From: Candidatus Omnitrophota bacterium
GTDB taxonomy: Bacteria > Omnitrophota > Gorgyraeia > Gygaellales > JBFMHM01
Length of the DNA: 64,000 nt
NCBI GenBank assembly: GCA_040753015.1
Contig: JBFMHM010000001.1
Location: 82,731 to 146,730 of the forward strand
Reading direction: 5' to 3'
In this document: positions 55,520 to 64,000 of the stretch, in pieces
Numbering within the stretch: the stretch's first letter is position 1
Layout: each line of letters begins with the position of its first letter
The notes under the pieces: model-generated
What the model saw: only the letters and a program-made list of their open reading frames with translations
The model's database searches: none
What the model was told of the DNA's origin: nothing
Made by a program: the position numbers and the translations under genes

Positions 55520-56935
55520 ATGCCAATTACACTAAAATTTTGTGGTGGAGCACGCACTGTCACTGGCTCCATGCACTTACTAACTGTAGACAGAGTAAAA
55601 ATTTTAATTGACTGTGGCTTATTTCAAGGCAGGCGCGATGAATTTTTTGCGGTAAACTCTGAATTTCCTTTTGAACCTTCAGGAATAGATAACTGTATTA
55701 TATCCCATGCCCATATTGACCACTGCGGAAATTTTCCAACTTTAGTTCGAAAAGGGTTTCGTGGAAAAGCCTATCTTACACCTCAAACGCGCGATCTCTT
55801 ACGCTACATGTTACCAGATTCTGGACATATACAAGAAGAAGATATTAAATATGTAAATAAAATTAATCGCAGACGAGGATTGCTTCCTCGTTGGCCGCTC
55901 TATACACAAGCTGATGCAGAAAAATCTTTAAAATTTCTTAGGCCAATTGAATACCGCAAAACTATCGATATAGCCAAGGGTACAGGCCTTACTTTATATG
56001 ACTCCGGGCATATCCTAGGCGCATCAATTCCTGTAATTGATATCGAAACTAATAAAGGAAAAATTAGAATTGCTTATGCTGTGGATCTTGGCCGGCCAAA
56101 CCTACCTTACTTAAAGAATCCGGAGATTCCTGAAGATATAGATTACATTATAATAGAAAGTACTTATGGCGGAAAATCACACTCTGCTATTGAAACCGCT
56201 GAGAAAAAATTAGAAATTGCAATAAATAAGACTGTAAGACGCGGTGGAAAAGTTATTATACCTGCATTCGCGTTAGAAAGATCTCAAGAAGTTTTATATT
56301 TCATTGCGCGACTTTTTAAACATAAAAAAATCGAAGATATACCTGTATATGTTGACTCTCCGCTTGCAGTAGATATCACAAAAGTATTTATGAGCCATTG
56401 GGATTATTTTGATGAGGAAACCAGAAATACTTTTCAAAAAGAACTAGGACCGCTTTCGCACCATAATATAAACTATATATCCAATGTGAATCAATCAAAA
56501 AAACTAAATGACAAGAAAGGCCCAATGATTATAATCTCTTCATCGGGAATGTGTGAAAACGGGCGTATATTGCACCATCTAAAAAATAATATCGAAAACC
56601 CTTACAACACAATAATCGTAGTAGGCTTTATGGCAAAAGATACTTTAGGTAGAAAAATTGTTGATAAAAAACCTTTCGTCAATATTTTTGGCAGGCCTTA
56701 TCAATTAAACGCAGAAGTAGTATTAGACGATGCCTTTAGTGCTCACGCTGATAGAGAATATCTTGTTAAATATATAAAAGAATGCCGTAAATACGGAAGG
56801 CTTAAAAAAATATTCATTGTTCACGGTGAACCTAATCAATCTGATGAACTCAGAAAATCATTAAAATCATTAAACCTGCGAGTCTCTGTACCTGAAAAAA
56901 ATGAAGTAGCATTTCTTAATGCAAACCAGAAATAA
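55520..56935 (+). CDS. MBL-fold beta-CASP ribonuclease
   Basis: GGARTVTGS, SHAHIDHCG, GHILGAS, ESTYG, FSAHAD, VHGE. Confidence 0.92.
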   Translation: MPITLKFCGGARTVTGSMHLLTVDRVKILIDCGLFQGRRDEFFAVNSEFPFEPSGIDNCIISHAHIDHCGNFPTLVRKGFRGKAYLTPQTRDLLRYMLPDSGHIQEEDIKYVNKINRRRGLLPRWPLYTQADAEKSLKFLRPIEYRKTIDIAKGTGLTLYDSGHILGASIPVIDIETNKGKIRIAYAVDLGRPNLPYLKNPEIPEDIDYIIIESTYGGKSHSAIETAEKKLEIAINKTVRRGGKVIIPAFALERSQEVLYFIARLFKHKKIEDIPVYVDSPLAVDITKVFMSHWDYFDEETRNTFQKELGPLSHHNINYISNVNQSKKLNDKKGPMIIISSSGMCENGRILHHLKNNIENPYNTIIVVGFMAKDTLGRKIVDKKPFVNIFGRPYQLNAEVVLDDAFSAHADREYLVKYIKECRKYGRLKKIFIVHGEPNQSDELRKSLKSLNLRVSVPEKNEVAFLNANQK

Positions 56936-56937
56936 AC

Positions 56938-57708
56938 TTACTCTTTAGACTCTTCTTTTTTTATACCACTAACTTTTTCTTCTAACATTGCTTGTAATTG
57001 CTTTCTACCTGCTTCAAACTGTCTGCTTACATCAATGAATTTTAAATTCAAATCATCGTATTTTTCTTTTAAAGCAATAAATTCTTCTTTCGAAACCCAC
57101 TGGCTTTCTTCCTGTTTCTTATTCATATCAGCAATCATATCTTGATAACCCTTTATTTGGCTAGAATAAGAATCAATATCTCTCAAATTATTTTCTATCT
57201 TTAATCTTAGATCACTAATCTCATTAATTTTTACCTTAATTTCTTTATCTTTTAAGCCTGCGCTATCTACGGCTTCTCTTAATTCTTTATTTAGCTTTAC
57301 ATTTTTTGAAAATTCTTTTTCTAGCTCTGCCTCTTTATTTTTTAGAGTGCTTTCTAACTCTATAATTTTTTCATTAGCTTTTTTAAAACGCACTTCATCA
57401 TTCACAACCCATTCCTTTTGTTTCAATAATTCATTTTTGAATTCTAAATTTACAGCTTCTAAATTTTTTAATTGTTTTTGTAAATTATTAAGTTCTTGTG
57501 ATTTTTTTTCTAATTCATTTTTTAATCCATCGGCTTGACGTTCAACCCTTAAAATATGATCTTGGTCAGAATAGATCTTTTGTCTATTATCTTGTTTTAT
57601 ATATCTTGACTTATCTCTCTTTCTGTATTTTTTATCTTCTAGAGATAATGCATATATTACAATAGCGATTACTCCAATAATTAATATTGAAAATAAAAAG
57701 GGCATCAT
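56938..57708 (-). CDS. Membrane-anchored coiled-coil protein
   Basis: N-terminal TM after a GAAGGAG RBS; long E/K/L heptads. Confidence 0.7.
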   Translation of the reverse strand: MMPFLFSILIIGVIAIVIYALSLEDKKYRKRDKSRYIKQDNRQKIYSDQDHILRVERQADGLKNELEKKSQELNNLQKQLKNLEAVNLEFKNELLKQKEWVVNDEVRFKKANEKIIELESTLKNKEAELEKEFSKNVKLNKELREAVDSAGLKDKEIKVKINEISDLRLKIENNLRDIDSYSSQIKGYQDMIADMNKKQEESQWVSKEEFIALKEKYDDLNLKFIDVSRQFEAGRKQLQAMLEEKVSGIKKEESKE

Positions 57709-57715
57709 AACTCCT

Positions 57716-58666
57716 TCAATAAATTGTCTTTTTCGGCTTAATATGAATACCAGCCAAATGGTCGAGCCCATAATCATCTTGAATCCAGCCGTTATCTAAA
57801 TCACATTCTTGCATAATCCTTTTTGCATCTTCATACTCTACGGAATTAATACGCCGGTTAATCTGCGAATAATTCATGGCTTTATAATATGGCGTATATT
57901 GACTCATTAGGCTAATATGAATATCTTTTGAAACCTTCTTTGTAATAAATCTCATAATTTCATATGTACCAGAAACATTATCAGGTAATACTAGATGCCT
58001 TATTATCATGCCTTTTTGCATAACATCATTTTTATTAAATTTTACCACGCCTACTTGCTTATACATCTCAATGACAGACTCTTGATTATGTTTTGGATAA
58101 TCAGGCGCGGAAGAGTATTTTATAGATTGATCTTTATCGGCATAGCGCATATCTACTAAATAAATATCTATAACCCCATCCAAAAGCTTAATTACATCTT
58201 CAAGTTCATAACCACTTGTATTATAAACTAATGGAATTTTAAGCCCAGCATCAATCGCTAGAACTAAAGCTTCTAGAATTTGCGGCATAAAATGTGTAGG
58301 AGTTACGAAATTTATATTGTGGCAACCTTGTCTTTGCAATTCAATCATATAATCAGCTAATACATTAATCGAAATTTCCTTACCTTTATCTAATTGGCTA
58401 AATTTATAATTCTGGCAATATACACATTTTAAATTACAATGAGAAAAAAATATTGTACCTGATCCATATGTGCCAGAAATTGGCGGTTCCTCACCGAAAT
58501 GCGGCGCATAACTATAAACAATGGGCAGCCTACCAACCCGACAAAATCCTCTATCGCCTTTTAGCCTATTTACTCCACAGCGACGCGGGCAAATTGAACA
58601 TTTTTCTAAAAGGCTAAGCGAAAAATCACGGCGTTGCTCTAGTATCTTTTTTGTTAATTTCTTCAT
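57716..58666 (-). CDS. Radical SAM protein (PflX-like)
   Basis: CSICPRRC, GEEPPISG..GSGTIFF, CNLKCVYCQN, RHLVLP, MSQYTP. Confidence 0.92.
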   Translation of the reverse strand: MKKLTKKILEQRRDFSLSLLEKCSICPRRCGVNRLKGDRGFCRVGRLPIVYSYAPHFGEEPPISGTYGSGTIFFSHCNLKCVYCQNYKFSQLDKGKEISINVLADYMIELQRQGCHNINFVTPTHFMPQILEALVLAIDAGLKIPLVYNTSGYELEDVIKLLDGVIDIYLVDMRYADKDQSIKYSSAPDYPKHNQESVIEMYKQVGVVKFNKNDVMQKGMIIRHLVLPDNVSGTYEIMRFITKKVSKDIHISLMSQYTPYYKAMNYSQINRRINSVEYEDAKRIMQECDLDNGWIQDDYGLDHLAGIHIKPKKTIY

Positions 58667-59171
58667 AGTACCGGTTTCTAATTTCGTTAAATATCTTAAT
58701 ATATTCCTGGCTTGTATAATCCGAATAAGTCAAAGGATTAGGATTAAACGTATTATTTTTAAAAGTAAGCGTTATTTCAGCAAAAATACCCCGGTTTAGA
58801 TAGATCCGATGCGAATAATTTTTTGTTGTTGCAAGAATCAGCTTTGCAAGGTCTATGTATCCAGGATCAATATTAATCGAACGCCTAGCTCCTATAGCCA
58901 ACTTTTGCTCTATTTTATTCGTAAAAATCTTTATACGGCTTATATCTTTGGGATTAATTAATTTTTTGAAAGAGGCAAACTTACGAATCAAATTTTTCCC
59001 AAACTCATCCTCATAATACTTAGTATAGATAAAAGCTAAATCATTTGATTCAAAATCAACCCGGCCAAATTTATTTTCGAGTATATTCTTAGCCTTTGTA
59101 TAATAATTTTGGTTACGAAAAATAAAACCGCAGATTAATTTTGTTTTATTAGGCAGGAAAATCTCACCCAT
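58626..59171 (-). CDS. DUF4416 family protein
   Basis: T.YY..EFG..L.RKF, RSINIDPGY, LATTKNYSHRIYL..GI.AE, Y.DY. Confidence 0.85.
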   Translation of the reverse strand: MGEIFLPNKTKLICGFIFRNQNYYTKAKNILENKFGRVDFESNDLAFIYTKYYEDEFGKNLIRKFASFKKLINPKDISRIKIFTNKIEQKLAIGARRSINIDPGYIDLAKLILATTKNYSHRIYLNRGIFAEITLTFKNNTFNPNPLTYSDYTSQEYIKIFNEIRNRYYEEINKKDTRATP

Positions 59172-59509
59172 TAACACAAATTTTGTTTAATATATTCGGC
59201 TATTTTTTGTTGGTCGGTTTTCTTAATATCAGTAAAGAAAATTGCGATATGATTATCGCCGTCTGAATCAACTTCAGTTCTTACTACAACGCCAGAACAT
59301 ATTATCTTCTTATTGGCGCTTGACGGTAAAAACATTATAATTTTAAGCTTTGTCATCAGCTCAAAATGCTTACTTACTCGGCAATATAAACCAGACGCGC
59401 TAATATTTCTACTTTCGGCTTCGACGTCAAAACCTTCAAGTAAAAGTTTTAGGGGCATATCCTGATTGAGCCGTGGATATACCCTTCTCTCTAAAAAACT
59501 ATTCTTCAT
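59171..59509 (-). CDS. PilZ domain protein
   Basis: ERRVYPR and NISASG motifs. Confidence 0.88.
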   Translation of the reverse strand: MKNSFLERRVYPRLNQDMPLKLLLEGFDVEAESRNISASGLYCRVSKHFELMTKLKIIMFLPSSANKKIICSGVVVRTEVDSDGDNHIAIFFTDIKKTDQQKIAEYIKQNLC

Positions 59510-59530
59510 TATCTTATTCCTGCCTATTAC

Positions 59531-59701
59531 TTAGGCTTTACTGGCAGATTTCTTCTGTTTTTCAGCGAATTTTCCATAGCAAGATTTACTACAATAATAT
59601 TTGCTATTTCTATAATAACGCTTAATTTTTTTAATACGCTTATTGCAAGCCGGGCAGTTAGTTACAACCGCCGCTGTCTCTTTCGCTGCTTCTTCGGGCA
59701 T
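59531..59701 (-). CDS. Small zinc-finger protein (56 aa)
   Basis: MPEEAAKETAAVVTNCPACNKRIKKIKRYYRNSKYYCSKSCYGKFAEKQKKSASKA; GAGGAGG RBS; below ORF-track cutoff. Confidence 0.75.
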   Translation of the reverse strand: MPEEAAKETAAVVTNCPACNKRIKKIKRYYRNSKYYCSKSCYGKFAEKQKKSASKA

Positions 59702-59794
59702 ATACTTCCTCCTCTATAATTCATAAAATATTATTTGTATAAATATTATAATACAAATATATACAGCTAATTATTTAATATTATACCAAATTAT

Positions 59795-60442
59795 TCATCT
59801 CGGTTCAAATGAGATTATTATATCGAAAAACTCTTTGTCTTTACCCAGCTCTTTAGGAAATGATTGAAATGGCGATGCATTCCTAACTGACCTAGAGCCT
59901 GCCTTCTTTAAATTATTAGGTAAACTATTTATGCTATCTTCTATAATTTCTATATCTAGAATTTGGCCGATATTTGATATAGAAAATACTAAGCGAACTT
60001 CACCAGTTAAGCTTCTTTCATTATAAAGTTCTTGATAAGCAGAGTGCCTAATCTTTTCCCATATTTCAAAATAATATTTATTAAGCTCTGTTGGGTTTCT
60101 CCTGTATTCACTTTGGATATTGGTCAAATTTACGGCTTGTGCCATAGGCGGTTTTGATTCTACTTTAGGCTCAAGTAGTACGGTCTCAAGTTTTGCCTTG
60201 ATTATTTCTTGAGGAATTTTAGATAATATAAGCTTTTCTTGTTTAGGTTTAATATTATCGAGCGAATCTTTTTCTTTATAAACAGAAAATTGTTTTTCTT
60301 TATTAATAAAGCAATAACTTACTTCGATTTTCTTATCGGGAATAAAAGTAAACTGCCTAAATATAGGCATACGCCAAATAATCGCTCCATGAGCAATCAC
60401 TGAAATCCCAATCATTATTTTAAACAAATTTTTTGCATCCAT
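59795..60442 (-). CDS. TonB C-terminal domain protein
   Basis: TM with S..AH motif; GEVRLVFSISN.G..L..A..SVRNASPF..FP. Confidence 0.75.
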   Translation of the reverse strand: MDAKNLFKIMIGISVIAHGAIIWRMPIFRQFTFIPDKKIEVSYCFINKEKQFSVYKEKDSLDNIKPKQEKLILSKIPQEIIKAKLETVLLEPKVESKPPMAQAVNLTNIQSEYRRNPTELNKYYFEIWEKIRHSAYQELYNERSLTGEVRLVFSISNIGQILDIEIIEDSINSLPNNLKKAGSRSVRNASPFQSFPKELGKDKEFFDIIISFEPR

Positions 60443-60446
60443 TATC

Positions 60447-63400
60447 TTAATTAATATCGCTTTGCCTCTGCCCGGCAACCGCTATACCAGACATACCATA
60501 GCTGCCATTAATTCCATAAAGAGAAGTTGAAACTAAATAAGAAGTAGACCCGTGTGATAATGTAGTAGTAAAAGCCCCTACCGCACTCATGCCACCAGCC
60601 ATCAAAGTATTAAACGTTGCCTGATGACAAGTTGCTGTCCAAGGCATACCCCAAATAACACCTTTTGTCGGATCTAATAAGCTAAATTGAGCAGAATCAA
60701 CAAGAACACCATTAACATTAACCAAAGCATTTACATGTCTTATACCTAAAATATTAAACGTCTTTCCCAAAAATGGAACTTGACCAAAAGCAGCATCCGA
60801 CGTAACTAACCCTTGCTCCACAAAAGAAACTTTAGGATTAAGACCATTATGTGTTCTTATATAATTAGCTCCTGTACCCCCCAAATTATCTGGATTTAAT
60901 GTTTCTTTACCATATTCCATTATCGCCCCTTGTTGATTTTCTACCTTTGTATAGTTTGGGCCCGTATAATTTGCTGGCATAGTTATAGATGATAAACCTA
61001 TAAATAATGCAGAGGATAAAGCCGTATGCGATACTAGAGATGAAAAAAAATCAGCAAACCTAGGAGACATCCCCAATACATCATCAAAAAATTCTTTAGC
61101 AAACCATCTTACAAATTGCCTACCTATTCCAGTGTCCAATAATGCTGTTGCTCCGGCTGCAGCAGCTCCTGCAGTAAGTGCCACTGTAGCAAATCCAAAT
61201 TTTGTAATTAAAGGTGCAAACGATGGAACAAGTGCAACAGTTACTATAGCAAGCACAGCAGCAATAAGTGGTTTAAAAATTTTTTTCCAAAAATCCTTCC
61301 ATCCTAATCCAGTTGGATCTGTGTATTTTAACGGATTGTTTCTACAATAACTATAGCGATTGAAATCTTGTGGATCGTAAATCTTCTGAGTAGTTGGATC
61401 CGGAGTAATAAATCTTGCTAATTCTGGATCATAATATCTTGCTCCGTAAAAATATAAACCAGTATTATCAAGCTCTCTACCATTAAATTTATAATTCGTA
61501 AGGTTATCACCTTCTTCTTTTGCACTCAATCCATACGGATAATATTCATTAAGCTGAATAATTTCGCCTTGATCATTGGTAATAATATTTGAAGATCCTA
61601 AATGATCTCCGTGATAATATCTACGCGATATTAAACCTGACCCAGAAATAACTGAACATATTTTTTGCAAACCAAGGAAAATATGATTAGTTAAAACTGT
61701 ATCCTCATTTTTTGAATTAACTTCGTATAAATCACCCACATAAATAGTCGAATCTAAAATCTGGCCATTACTATTTATCAAATTTTTCTTATATCTTCCC
61801 CCATCTGAATCATAATAAAAACGTGCAACAACAGGCTGCTGTTCTTTTATTAGCTGCCCCGGAGCACTACAACGGATCAAATATCCCTTGCCAAGATTTA
61901 ATCGTGCATTAATTTGTGTTTGCTCAAATTGAGCTTGTTGATTATCAAACATGTATAGTGCCTCTATTAGATTATTTCCCGATAACTTAAAGTTAGCGCC
62001 AATAAAATTATACTGAGAAACAAAATTCACCTGAACCTGTTCATCAGGAATTCTGCCTCTAATGTGTACAACCTTAGGAACATTTGACGATATATAAATA
62101 AAATATCCTCTCCCGTATTCGAGTGAATTAAATTGATTATATATCACATCTTTTACAAAATGTTCGTAATTTTGTGTATAGGGATTAAGCCGCGAAACTT
62201 GAAGATAATCGCTTAGACTCAATTCATTAAGCACAGAAGTTACCGCTAAATCATTTGGAATAACACTTAAAGAAAATGTATTCCATCCTGGATTAAGAGT
62301 AACCTCAACAGTTTTTTCTAGTTGCTGTTCATTGCGCACTTCAACAAGTCGATTATTAACATCATAATCATAAGCGACTATAATTTGATCATTTAACAAC
62401 TTAGATTTTAAATTACCATTATAATCATATATAAAATTTCTTCCATCAGATAAAGATGTAAGCGCATGAGGCCCTCCATAAGATAGACCATTTCCTAAAT
62501 TCGGGAGGCCTTGTTTATCGTAAGAATAGTTTAAATAATTATTGCGAATCATGTTTCCTATTGAATCATAACGATAATCAATAAGCCCATAAGAAATTCC
62601 GTCTGCTTGTATAAGACGATTTAAAGAGTCATATCGGAAGCTTTGAGTATTAGTATGTATCTTATCCTGTATCTGAGTAATATTACCAACAGCATCAAAA
62701 ACATAAGTCAAATCCTGAAGTATGCGATTATTTTGATTTCGCGAAATCAAATGTTCTAATCTAATCGTATTTGGATTATAAGCGTATTCTCTTATATCGC
62801 CATTACCATATACAACACGGCTAATCTGCCCCAATTGGTTATAGTCAACTTCTTGCACATATTGAATATCATCACTAGCCACCCCGATTATTTGCCCTGT
62901 AACCGAATCATATGTATACCTTATTGTTGTATTGTCTGGGTAAATCAAAACTTTGGGTTGGCTCAATGCGTCAAACGTACGCCTCATTTCATATTGATTG
63001 GAATCTATTGTTTTTATTGTCCTTATTTCACGACCTAAAGCATCATAAAAAAATTCAACTTGACCATCAGGATATTCTATTGTCGAAATACGACCAATAG
63101 AATCTTGTTTCTGAATATCATCATATATATGTGTTGCTAAAATTGTTGGGTTATTTTGATTTGTAGAATCTCTCTTTTGCATTAAACGATTAAGTTCGTC
63201 ATACGCGAATTCAATAGTTTGCCCTTTTGCATCAATCTGGGCAACAAGGTTCCCAGCCAAATCATAACTATAATTATATAACCCCATATCCGAATCAATC
63301 ATTCTAATCTTCCTGCCCAAAGAATCGTAGGTAAAAATAATTTGATTGTTCTGATTATCTATTGCTTGGACTAAATTATTTTTTGTATCATATAAATAAG

Positions 63401-64000
63401 AAGTTCTATAATTTTCTACCGCACCACTATCAGGATTAACATAATGTTCCGTAATTTGAATTATCCTATTATATGCATCAGTTGTAAAAACAGTAGAATT
63501 CCCGTTTTCATCAATAATAGTTTTACTAAAACCATCATAATTTACACTTGATGAGCTATTGTCTGCATTTAGCGTTCTTATTACTCTCCCAAGCACATCA
63601 TAATCAATAACAATATGCGGCTGACTCAAATCTGGCTCTGAAAATTGGCCTTGGGGATCAAAGGAAAAATATGGCACATATTTCTCCTTCACTCTTCCTT
63701 GATAATCAAAAGTTTGCGTATCTTGAATTATATAACGGCTTTGATGAGTATTTGGATCGTTTTGCGCAGGAACCTTCGTTTGAATAAGCCTACCTAAACC
63801 ATCAAAAAAAGAAACAATCGTTAAATAGTTATTAAGATCAAAGTGATCTATATGATCTTTTTTAATTTTTTTAATAATTTTTGTCGGAGTCTCGCCTAAA
63901 CAATACTCATAGATTGCACTAGGATTATCTTCTGTATCAAAAGGCCCAATAACTTTAACAAGCCTACCCAAAGCATCATAAATATTACGACTTATCTGAT
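60447..64000 (-). CDS. RHS/YD-repeat protein with C-terminal extension (5' end beyond window)
   Basis: Frame open to the window edge (QISRNIYDALGR); many YD repeats; core YYHGDHLGS..GARYYDP..NRYSYCRNNPLKYTDPTG. Confidence 0.93.
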   Translation of the reverse strand, partial: QISRNIYDALGRLVKVIGPFDTEDNPSAIYEYCLGETPTKIIKKIKKDHIDHFDLNNYLTIVSFFDGLGRLIQTKVPAQNDPNTHQSRYIIQDTQTFDYQGRVKEKYVPYFSFDPQGQFSEPDLSQPHIVIDYDVLGRVIRTLNADNSSSSVNYDGFSKTIIDENGNSTVFTTDAYNRIIQITEHYVNPDSGAVENYRTSYLYDTKNNLVQAIDNQNNQIIFTYDSLGRKIRMIDSDMGLYNYSYDLAGNLVAQIDAKGQTIEFAYDELNRLMQKRDSTNQNNPTILATHIYDDIQKQDSIGRISTIEYPDGQVEFFYDALGREIRTIKTIDSNQYEMRRTFDALSQPKVLIYPDNTTIRYTYDSVTGQIIGVASDDIQYVQEVDYNQLGQISRVVYGNGDIREYAYNPNTIRLEHLISRNQNNRILQDLTYVFDAVGNITQIQDKIHTNTQSFRYDSLNRLIQADGISYGLIDYRYDSIGNMIRNNYLNYSYDKQGLPNLGNGLSYGGPHALTSLSDGRNFIYDYNGNLKSKLLNDQIIVAYDYDVNNRLVEVRNEQQLEKTVEVTLNPGWNTFSLSVIPNDLAVTSVLNELSLSDYLQVSRLNPYTQNYEHFVKDVIYNQFNSLEYGRGYFIYISSNVPKVVHIRGRIPDEQVQVNFVSQYNFIGANFKLSGNNLIEALYMFDNQQAQFEQTQINARLNLGKGYLIRCSAPGQLIKEQQPVVARFYYDSDGGRYKKNLINSNGQILDSTIYVGDLYEVNSKNEDTVLTNHIFLGLQKICSVISGSGLISRRYYHGDHLGSSNIITNDQGEIIQLNEYYPYGLSAKEEGDNLTNYKFNGRELDNTGLYFYGARYYDPELARFITPDPTTQKIYDPQDFNRYSYCRNNPLKYTDPTGLGWKDFWKKIFKPLIAAVLAIVTVALVPSFAPLITKFGFATVALTAGAAAAGATALLDTGIGRQFVRWFAKEFFDDVLGMSPRFADFFSSLVSHTALSSALFIGLSSITMPANYTGPNYTKVENQQGAIMEYGKETLNPDNLGGTGANYIRTHNGLNPKVSFVEQGLVTSDAAFGQVPFLGKTFNILGIRHVNALVNVNGVLVDSAQFSLLDPTKGVIWGMPWTATCHQATFNTLMAGGMSAVGAFTTTLSHGSTSYLVSTSLYGINGSYGMSGIAVAGQRQSDIN

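Noticed and set aside
2759-63100. Numerous short antisense or alternate-frame ORFs in the track (e.g. 2759-3034, 21999-22319, 33635-34144, 38690-39127)
   Set aside because: Shadows of well-supported genes with no independent motifs

Overview
AT-rich bacterial chromosomal window, most plausibly Candidatus Omnitrophota (inference from gene neighbourhoods and a very large signal-peptide protein with a GGIDL-type tail; not verified by any search). From about 1.5 to 45.3 kb nearly all genes are on the + strand: menA, guaB3, guaA, dnaE, dinB, HU, hisS, aspS, 7TM-HD, ybeY, recO, polX, apbE, panB, glyQS, ppdK, a sigma-70 factor, apt, tRNA-Arg(CCT), two Ig/CARDB-like secreted paralogues and an alginate-export-type porin. 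An accessory/defence island at about 9.35-17.0 kb interrupts this run. It carries a nucleotidyltransferase pair, a GIY-YIG nuclease, an EcoRI-family MTase, DUF262-HNH, FRG and PD-(D/E)XK genes, and its first modules are bounded by a conserved composite repeat (covarying hairpin + GTAG-REP + TAATTA..GTCCCCGGAATT). A 28-bp dif-like site (45400-45427) lies exactly where gene orientation switches to the - strand. Beyond it are a 1727-aa secreted HEAT-repeat protein with a frameshifted tail, dprA-comM-yraN plus an AbiEii-type TA pair enclosed between 48-bp direct repeats, housekeeping genes and a partial RHS protein. The most unusual signal is a set of miniature palindromic and tandem elements. They sit in-frame inside proteins (six in the first ~310 codons of the giant gene, one in panB) and inside tandem duplicated 5' fragments of the tRNA-Arg gene. 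All calls were made by eye from the sequence and ORF track; no database searches were run.
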